A DNA stretch of 64,000 nucleotides, from NCBI GenBank assembly GCA_000708835.1, contig DF237447.1, positions 4,042 to 68,041 of the forward strand, read 5' to 3'. The translations under genes were made by a program, and so were the position numbers. Each line of letters starts with the position of its first letter. Position 1 is the stretch's first letter. The DNA is from Klebsormidium nitens (taxonomy: Eukaryota > Plantae > Klebsormidiophyceae). Below are positions 50,350-59,600 of the stretch, piece after piece. The notes below the pieces were generated by a model, which was given only the letters and a program-made list of their open reading frames with translations, was not told the DNA's origin and did not search any database.

Positions 50350-53200
50350 CCTGGGCAAGGTTCAGCCTTACTCAAGCAAAGTTGTTATCATTGCTGCTTA
50401 GCCATAGATGCAATCTTGCAAGCAAAGAACTCGAATCCAGCAAGGGTGAGGGTGAAGCACGGATTGCACAATGGCATCGCTGTAAACAGTGAACGTAGAT
50501 CTGCATACCCAGTACTTCTTCTCGTCCTGGAGCAATGAAACAAGGCGCTACAACTTGACTTTCATTTGCAAGTGCAAATGAGCTTGAAGGCACAAAGGCA
50601 CCATCAAAACTTCTGCTGAAGAAAGAGACCGTTTCGTAAGCGACTCGGACCAAATCGGACACATACACAACGGTGTCGAGATCAGGCACGAGATACAAAG
50701 CTTTAGTGCGTCAAAGCAGTATGCTAATTCAGGGGACAGAGAGTTCAGATTCCAGTGTCTTTGCAGCCACCGTTGTGTTTGTGGCAGAATGACACACATG
50801 CAACACAGTCGCTTGATATGAAGCACGCACCTTTGTCAAACATCGAGTCGTGACGCCGACATGCGAAACAGATCCGATGAAATCACTCGCCACCGAGGTC
50901 ACTCATTAGTGGTTGCAATGGCCATCAGAAATGCGGATCGTTGGTCAGGCTTCATAAGACCTGAGGATGAGCGCAAACATCTTCGCCGTTTTGGCTGTTC
51001 TCTTACTTTAGCAAGCCTTCTTGCAACAGAGCGGACATTTAGGCAGCAAGAGGAGAACATTAAAAGCTCCAAACCAAGTGTCCGGTAAAAATAAGCTGAA
51101 AAGCTATGACGTGTGATTTTCCTTCTCAAAAAGTCTTCAATGCACAGTCCTCTTTTGGTCTTCGCCAGGAACATGAAGGAACAAGAAGCAGGGAATGTGA
51201 AGAATCTGGGCAAAGCACGATGAATTGAACATTGATAAGCTGGGAAGACGAAAGTTGCTTTAAGATTGCAGCTGGGATAGCCAGCAGAGGTTCAATCTTA
51301 GAAATGAAATAAGCAATGAAACCAGACAGGGGACCAGGCTCCTCTTACTTGTGATCACTTTCAACCTCGTAACGCTCTTCTCGGACAGTGTCCCATCAGA
51401 ATCAACCACCAGGACCTCGTGTTGGTCTGGAAACCCAGGTTGGCTGCCCGATATGCTCTTGTCCATCAGCACTTTAGAAATCCTGCAGTATATGTAGAGA
51501 GCTTACTCTTTTTCCAGTCCACAGGTTCTCATTTGTTGGCCAGCCTTAAACCCCGTCCTTAAGAGCTGAACCGACTCTGGCAAGACCTTGCAAGCTGCCC
51601 GTTGCCATATGCTGCAGGTTTCAGAGAGCAATCGATTCAATCTAACAATCTAGTTTTAGTTGTGAGACCAAAATTCTAGCAACATCTGACTTCACCTGTG
51701 ACCTTCCAACAAATCATTCTAGAAACGATCTGTGTTCCCTGCTGGGGAAGCTAAGTTCGGTGGCGGTCTCAAATCTGAGGAACTCCCTTTCGAAGCTAAT
51801 CTGCTTGAAGATATTGCCTTTTCCAGCGCTTTATCTTTAGACCTATTTTCCTGTGGTGTGCCTTGAACGGACCCGAATCATGTCCAGCGATCCATTCTCC
51901 AACAGCCTCTGAATTCTTCTAACTACCAGTCGCACATTAGTGCGCCAGCCACAGAAGCAGCACTTTCTTTCCAATGTGCCTCAAGAGCAGTCACGTTTGT
52001 GTGCCCTACTCACCTTTCCACTGCAAAACAGAAAGTAAAGACCTGGGCTCTAATGACACCTGAGGTTGACTTCATGCGAGACTAACGTTAGGCCCCGGCA
52101 GCCGCTTGACGCAAAAAGACAGATACACAGAGGAAGGTGGCATAAGCCCCTGACTTCGTTGTCCTCCAGATGTTTCCACCAAGCCTCGCAAAGGAGAGCT
52201 TTGGCAAGAGCGCAGTGCTCACCGTTTTGACGGCCTGAAGGCACTTCTCTTGTGTCGTCATGATACATGGTACGCCTAGAACGCCATGCCATGTGCCCGC
52301 CTCGGTGGCTGCCATGCGCTAGCCAGCTGCGACTGCACCAAAGCAAGGCGGATGTCGCTTGATTGTCACAAATAGCCAGAATTCTTGACAATCAAAAAGT
52401 ACAGCCTTCTCTCAGCTCCAAGGCCGCAGTCCTGACTGACTGTTTGTTGCTGTTGACGTTTGAGCTACAAATGAAAGGCTGATTGACAAAGTATGGGGTG
52501 ACAGGTGACTATTGATAGGCTGTGGGGCTGCAAGCAGCGACTGAGACTGAATCTGTGCAGATTGTTGCTGAAAGGTGGAAAGAACAAAGCGAACAAAAAA
52601 AGAACAGAAGGCTATAGATGCAGAATGCACGAGCGCTGTGAACCAACTTTCTTGCCATCTGAAACCCCAGTGTCAGCATGGTGTGCTCGCCTCTTCATCC
52701 CAGATGTTGCTGCAGCCTGACTGAGACTTTGTGGCCGGCATTGCTCTCAGCACTCTGAGACCTCCTGGGAATCTCTTCTGCCCCCTTTTAATTTTCTCCA
52801 AGCTGATTGAAGATGCAGCAATGGTCATCCCAGATGCATTGCTTGTTCTCATGGCTTTCAAAGAAGCAGTAGGAGCTGGGACTTACAAGGCTGCCAATGC
52901 ATTGCTCCTTCCCCTTCTGCAGTATGCCCTCCCCAGCCTCGGCGGCGTCAGCACCCAAAGCATGATCAAACCGCATTCGCAGACTTGTGCTCCTAATGAC
53001 CGTAGCATCTGCATAAATGTGCACCAATGCAGCTGCTACCAACACAATGCTGTTCAGCTGCTTCCGCCAGCTGTAAGAGTTTCTGGAAGCTTCTTTTGAC
53101 CACCCCTTAGCTCCAAGGCACTCAGAACTGAGCAGACAGATGCAATTGGTTTCCTGGGCCGAGGAGAGCGGAAGGATAGCAACGAGTGTATCTCGATCAT
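50350..53200 (-). pseudogene. Spliced gene remnant of unknown product (Cys-containing fragments, possibly transposon-derived)
   Basis: Minus-strand splice signals: donor at 52221-52222, a 7-nt candidate exon 52014-52020 (TTTTGCAG|TGGAAAG|GTGAGT) and exon 51349-51482 (CTGCAG|...ISKVLMDK..LKVIT|GTAAG). A long frame at about 52670-53100 is broken by isolated stops. I could not assemble a complete model. Confidence 0.4.
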
Positions 53201-53340
53201 GCTGCCCTTAAAAGTGAAAAGAGCTGCAGCCTCAGCAGCTGCAGCTCTCCGATAGTCACTAGCTGGCAGGCCCAGCCTGAGGGGGGTGCGGGGGGGCTGC
53301 TTTCCAAGTTTCGACAGCTGTGAGTTTTCTGTTTTGCTTT

Positions 53341-53373
53341 ATATATTATAGAAAGAATAATGGTGAAACCAAA
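53341..53373 (+). promoter_or_regulatory. AT-rich TATA-like element and CAA motif upstream of the tRNA
   Basis: ATATATTATA at about -35 to -26 and CAA at -6 to -4 relative to the tRNA 5' end, the usual arrangement for plant Pol III tRNA genes. Confidence 0.6.
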
Positions 53374-53375
53374 TC

Positions 53376-53472
53376 GGGGATGTAGCTCAGATGGTAGAGC
53401 GCTCGCTTAGCACGAAGTCACCACGACGTCAGCACCTGCGAGAGGTATTGGGATCGATACCCAACTTCTCCA
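53376..53472 (+). tRNA. tRNA-Ala(AGC) with a 24-nt intron at canonical position 37/38 (intron 53413-53436)
   Basis: Removing the intron gives a 73-nt cloverleaf, GGGGATGTAGCTCAGATGGTAGAGCGCTCGCTTAGCATGCGAGAGGTATTGGGATCGATACCCAACTTCTCCA. It has the G3:U70 Ala identity pair, anticodon AGC at 53409-53411, a fully paired T-stem (TTGGG/CCCAA) and A and B boxes. There is one U6:U67 acceptor-stem mismatch. Confidence 0.95.
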
Positions 53473-53474
53473 CA

Positions 53475-53478
53475 TTTT
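53475..53478 (+). terminator. Pol III terminator (T4)
   Basis: TTTT starts 3 nt after the discriminator base. A T5 run follows shortly after. Confidence 0.65.
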
Positions 53479-56400
53479 GGCCCAGGAACCTTTTTCGCCC
53501 GGTTACTTCAACGATAAAACGGCGGGGCTGCCGCCCCCCCGCACCCCCCTTTATCCTTTAATGGGGCCCTGGCCCTGTAAAAGGAGTGCTGCTGTGCGGC
53601 CCCCGAAGTGGGTAAGAATCCGTGGTGGTTATGTCACTTATCTGAGTTCCGTTCCTTTCAGTGCATTGTCCAAAATTAAGCGTCTTTGGCAGGTTCGTGT
53701 GACAGGTGTGAGGCAGCCTTCATTGAACTCCATGTGGGCTTTCCCTTTCACCTTCGGCTACTGCCGATTTGAGTTCGGATACCATGCTTTCTGTGGCGCC
53801 GGCCCCAAAGAAGCATCGATGAAGGACAAACCGGGCCCACTGTCAGCCAGAGCTTCATCGCCTGTGGACCCCGCATGCGTGACGTCAAGTTTGGTGGACT
53901 GCTAACAGCGATAATACCTCGTTGACATACATTTGCGAAACGTGCTTCATGCAATGTTTGTGTGTTTGTGTATGGGCGTGGAGGGCCCAATGATGTACAA
54001 TCAATGCTTTCCTGTTGCCAAGGCCAATACTAAGGACAGCAGTCGTTCATACATGACTTTCTCCGATGGACCGTTCTACGTTGTGAGCCATCTATTGAGA
54101 TATTAATTGATGCATTCCGAGCTCTGATTTGTTGGACGCCGCATCTTTTACGAGGTTCATAAGATACAGAAATATGCTTGTATCTGGATCGAAGTGCCTT
54201 GCTTTCAAGTGGGCGCTGGTCAATCGTCCTTCCCCGTATTATATCCATTGGTTAGTGTGGCCCAGAAGCCAAGGAGATGACCCGGTTCCCAAGGCCAGAC
54301 CCCGGTCGGCTCGATCGCATGAGTCTGCTTTTCAAGTTTGATCCTGCACTTGCAATCAGATATGCGTAGTCCGTCTGCTGATCCGGCACAAAAATGAGGC
54401 CTTGCAAATGATTTTGTAATGAGCGTTCCGCAGTTCTAAGGATACTTTATAAGTTCTGAAATGAGAAGACCCTCTCGCAGAAAATTTTCTTGAGCCCGCC
54501 GCCCGATCGCCGAACCGAACCCACGACAGGCGGCCCGTCTATGCGACGGGCGTACTTCATCCAGTCATCATTCGGTCATCCACGCGGCATCCACAAGTCA
54601 TGCCTCAATCCTTCGAATCTTAGCGGAAAACCAAGACTTTAAAACAGGGTCGAGTACTAAGGCACGCAACGGACCTGGTCCTCAGGACGACGTATAGTAA
54701 AAATTCAGGCCGACGTGATTGACTTCGCACATATGCAAATGGGACTGTGGTATGACAAAGCTGAAGCGAATGACCCTGATCGAATCCGTAGCGCTCGGAC
54801 GAGGTGCTATTCTACATCGTGAGCCTCAAGCCCTGCTAAAGGAGGGCCTGTTCGCTGAAAGAAGAATCTCGCACCCTCCCATCTAACTGCGCGCCGGGAT
54901 CTTTAAATTTTTAACCAGAAGCTGTTAACAGCATCTAAGGCAGGCTCTAAGCGGCTTCAGCAGCTGCTAACGCAGAATTGACCAGCCCCGGGTTTGTGCC
55001 AGCAGCTTCCCGGAGGACTATGGGCCCTGCCTCATGAGTTCGACGGCTGCACAGACGAGAGAAACGCTTGAGGCCGACGAAAGAAAAAAGATGCTGTCTC
55101 GGGGCAGAGCAACGTCCGGGGCGGTATGCAGATCACCAAACGGTCTGCATACCGCGTTACGGTGTGCAAATGACATCGCGGCTGCATGCGGCTCGACTTT
55201 ACTGGTTGCTTCGAAGTCAGAAAGCCCGCGTCAAACGTGCTTCCAAAGAACAGTGACCCCTCATCTGTGTTCATTTGCCCCAGGCAGAATCTGCTTCGCT
55301 CACGGTGAAGTCTTCCCCATGCAAGTCAATGTGCTTTGCAGATTCCTCCGCTTTAATTTATGGGAAAAAGTTATTAGCAGCTTCAACCGGTAACGAGCGG
55401 GATAAAGAAACCTTCTTTGACTGACATCTCAACAGATAAGGTGAACAATCTCTTACGTTTCGAAGTTTCAGTCACGAAGGCACTGAAAACTCGACATCAC
55501 GCTTCGTACAGTTCCTTGAAATTTCCTGCAGATTTAAGCAAAGCTCCTCGAAAGTCAGGAAGCTAGAGCGTCAGGAAGAGCGGCCGCCATGGCAGGCTCA
55601 GTGAGCGGAAGGGATTTGTTGTATGCGGCCGGAGGCTGCCAGTACGAACCGTAAGTTTGGCACTGGTCGGCGGGGCTCCGACCACGATCGATCCGGGGCC
55701 CGGCGCACTCAGGTATGAGCGATCGGATGCGCGCGGCCGCCCCGCGGCCCTTACAATATAAGGCTCCGCGAAGCACGGCTGCGCCGCCCCGGCAATCGGA
55801 TCGGATATTTCATTGTACTGTTCTATACGGCTACCGGCTAGTGCGACGGAATCCTCGCGTCACGCATACGGAGTCGAAGCAACGGACTGGGATCGGACGC
55901 GCCGGGTGCAGTATAATTCAAAAATGCAGCGCTTCATGAAAGTGGGTGCATGTCAGTCAGTGCCGGATCGAATCATTGAGTGTCGGATTGAATCATTCAA
56001 AGCACTACTAGGCTATGCATGATGATGCAGAATACATCTGTACATAGCGCTTCTAGCCTGCAAAACTTTAAGATAGTAGAATACAATAAGAGTACAATAC
56101 AAGTGGGCCGTGACGGTCCAATTGAAGCTCTATTGGAGACTCAATCCGATCGAGTCCGTTCCTCAATCAAGACTTTGAAATGAACAAACTTGCGCAGCTC
56201 AACCAATTCGTCCAACCTGGAACTTGCAAATGTACGTTGAATTGCTACATACTCCTAGCTTAACTCACTAAACGCGTGCGACAGCTGGTTTTTGGAAGTA
56301 TTAAAGCGGGGGCCGGCTCCAATAGGCTGCCGCAACCCCCTTCCTCCGTTGGGAAAACCCAGAGGTCGGTGACTTGCAACGGGGCAGTCAGAGTCAATTC

Positions 56401-56531
56401 AGGGAAAGACATCGTACCTCACTTCGGTGGCGCAGTTGCCGGTCTGGTTTCTATCTTCGCAAGCAAGCCGGAGCAGTTTTCTGTGTTCAGGGAAGAACAA
56501 AAGCTCGGTCGTTTGTAAACGCTGGTCAGCG

Positions 56532-56696
56532 TCAACTAAAGCCATCGTATCCCACTGCCGCGAGTGTCAGCCCCTCAGGAGGTGCGGGCGGCGCAGTCGC
56601 CCGCCTGCTTTCTAAGGAGGCAAGACGCAGAAGTGCGTCTTCTGAAGAACCAGCAGCCGCTTCTCGAATGGCTGTCGCCACGACGACCCGGACCAT
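56532..56696 (-). CDS. TruA gene terminal exon 7
   Basis: Acceptor CTCGCAG|ATG. Encodes MVRVVVATAIREAAAGSSEDALLRLASLESRRATAPPAPPEGLTLAAVGYDGFS, then TGA at 56532-56534. Confidence 0.9.
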   Translation of the reverse strand: MVRVVVATAIREAAAGSSEDALLRLASLESRRATAPPAPPEGLTLAAVGYDGFS

Positions 56697-59600
56697 CTGC
56701 GAGTAGGATAGAGTAAACGTCAGCAAAAGCTTGCATTCTAACGACGCTAGACACAGTACTGCACTTTCTGCTGAGTCACCGGCGGCTTCTTGGATGGCTG
56801 TCGTCAAGATAAAGCAGACAATCTGCGAGAAGGACACGTAGACGTCAGCAAACGCCTGAATCCTGACAAGGCACGACGTGGGAGTGCGTCATCTTACGAC
56901 CCCGCGGCGGCTTCTCGAAAGGCTGTCGCAACGACGACCCGAACCATCTGCGAAAGGAGAGTGAACACGTCAGCAACGCCTGAAATCTGACAAGGCAAGA
57001 CGTAGAAGAACGTCATCTGATGAGCTAGCGGCGGCCTCTCTGACGGCTGCCGCAACGACAACGGGACCATCTGCGAGAGGGAATGGGACACGTCAGCAGC
57101 CTGTAATTCCGCCGTTTGCGGGTCTAGAGGGTCGTCGCAAGAAACAAACACGAAGCGCAGAGTAACCTGAGCCAGCAGCAATTTCCGCGTCGCCTCTGTC
57201 CGGTTTGCGGACACATTTTGGTACAAGATCGACATGTGTGGTTCTTACTCAAGCTTTGAAGGAGACACGAAAAGGCATGTTCAACCGACAAAAACTTCCG
57301 GCAGCCACTCCTCTGACTTCTGTGCGCAAGTCGGTTTGGACTCCATGCTCAGGTGGAAGCAGGTTTGGACCGGTCTGACATGAAATAAAGAACTCGGAAG
57401 CAATAGTAACATCGTAAAAGCAGGACCGAATGAAGAAAAGTGTCCTTCATCAACGTCGTGACCTCACCCTGTGGAGGAAGCGATTGCCGATGAGAGTGAA
57501 CCGCAACGCGTGGTGCAGCGCGCGTGGACTGTGTGAGGGTGACGTCACAGTGACGACGTCGGCACGTGCCTTGTACAGGTGGCAGACCACGTGCTGGCCG
57601 CTGCAGAATTAGGAAGGCGCGCTCGATCAGAAGTCAGAAACAACCACCAAGATTGAGAGGTTATACTAGGATGCGGTGGTCCAAACCTCTGCTGACCAAT
57701 GAACACAAATTAGCGAAGGGGAAATTCACAAAAGCACTTTGGGAGTGTTTGCTTGCGGTTGTGGAAAACCCAGTTAGGAACCTGTCGACGTGCTGTCCAA
57801 ATGACGATCTTCGCCTCAAACTTTTGTAGTAAGTCGAGACAAAGCGGAACAAAGGGAAGTCTTGTCCAAAAACAAACATGAATTTCCATTTGCAGAAAAC
57901 AAAGCATTGAAGGGAATGACGAAGCGCACGCATATGAATCGCACTCGCCGGAAAACATGCCCTCTTGGCGGCTGTCTCCAAGGAAAGAAACGATCGACGT
58001 TGGGTCAAGACGCAAGTGGGCAACCATTGCAGGAATACGATACCGCTCTTCTTCTCCTACAATCGCCCAACTCAGATGAAGCTGACGCCGTCTTGCTACA
58101 AGGTCGTCTCGGCGCAAAGGCTGAAAGGCACAGTTGCAACAGCGCCGAAGCCGTCTGGCAAAAATAGTAACGGAGAGCGTCAACCGCAACCCTTTCTTGC
58201 CTGCTCCGTTCCGCATCCGCAGTAGCTTAGCCCCCAGAGCTTACGAGAACCCCCGCATCGCAAGGACTATGACCTGCTTCTATCTGCCCTCGTATCCCGC
58301 GCAAAGCTCCCATAGCTTATGCTCCGTCCCTCCAATCGCCGCATCATCCCGCCCAGTGCTTGCACACTAAACACCAACGGCGGGATCGTATTCACAGTGT
58401 CACGTGGTTGGTGCGGCGCCGCCGCTCCGGGGGGCTGCATCCTTATGCGGCCGTCAGCCTGGAGCTCCCCCCCCTTGAGCGGAAACAGGTACACGTAGTG
58501 GCGCCACTTGGCGGAGAACTGCGCGTGGAAGCTGCGGCTCACCTGTGAAAAGGAGCAGCGCAAGCGCTGACGTCAGCATGACGTCATGAGCGATGACGCC
58601 ATCACGACGTCAAGCTCTTGCAAGTAGAGTACGTCCTGGAATTGTCTGGTCGCTGTGCGGGCTGAGGTCCATAAAAGAGTCTGATGTATCTCTTTACGTG
58701 AAAGAGAGCCAGACTTGATGAAACATTGAGAACTCAGACGATGCGGACTATCATCCAGCAAGGCCAGGGAGCAAAACAAAAGCGAAAACTTAAATGAGCA
58801 GCCTAGGGCTTGAGGAACAGAGACTCACATGTGGAAAAATTCTTACTCTCTGAGCAGAATGCGATCACCCATTTTGAGATACTGACGTCAGCAATATACC
58901 TAAGCCGCTCTAAGTTTCCGTGCTCAGGCTGTTGCTCGAGAGATAGAGGCCACAATGGCAACTCAAAAGTCTCGAGGGAGACCCGGTGCGGAAACTAGAG
59001 CAACGGCAGTCAGTCCTGAAAGGATACGACATTGGCCGAGTACGCAAAAGGATTCGAGGAAGGTGAAAGGAGAAGGCGAGAAAGTGACAGGGAAGAACGA
59101 GGACGAAAGAACGGCGGCTTTGGTTCGAAATAACGAGACGCGCAATTAGCTTACCTGAGACACGTCTACCGCCCGCAACCGCGCTGGCGCTTCGCGGCTG
59201 ATGGCCTCCGCAATCACCTCACAGTTGACGTCTGGACAGCGGGTATCTGCATAGAAAGTGAAGAAAAGGAGTCTGTAATCAAAGTGCTGCCTGCCAAGAG
59301 ACGTGTACGTAGAGTATCACATGACTTCTTGCTAACTCGCGTTGCTACCGGAGAAAAGAAAACAGGTGCAGCTTGTGGAGCTCTGTCTCAGTAACCTGGG
59401 GTCAGCGTCGAACGCGTTGCATCTGAGCCGGTTGTATCACATCCGGGCAAGCTGCAGGGTCGGACATTTGATTAAAATGACGTGAGAAGCTTTGTCTGAG
59501 CGGACCCGGATGTTCACATGCGCAGCATAGAATTGGGATGACAACCTGCTTCTCGTAAGGAGAGAAAGTGAACGAGCTTGTAAACACCAGACCGACTGAT

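Larger units (their letters stand above)
53280..53550. repeat. Perfect 18-bp inverted repeat flanking the tRNA gene
   Basis: AGGGGGGTGCGGGGGGGC at 53280-53297 and its exact reverse complement GCCCCCCCGCACCCCCCT at 53533-53550. It extends to 20/21 matches. Confidence 0.85.

Noticed and set aside
53424-53434. GACGTCAGCA in the tRNA intron matching motifs at 56.7-58.9 kb
   Set aside because: The latter are explained as minus-strand GCTGAC branch points. A 10-nt match in the tRNA intron is plausibly chance.
53477-53905. 142-aa ORF right after the tRNA
   Set aside because: It starts at TTG inside the Pol III terminator, runs through the C-rich repeat and has no domain features.
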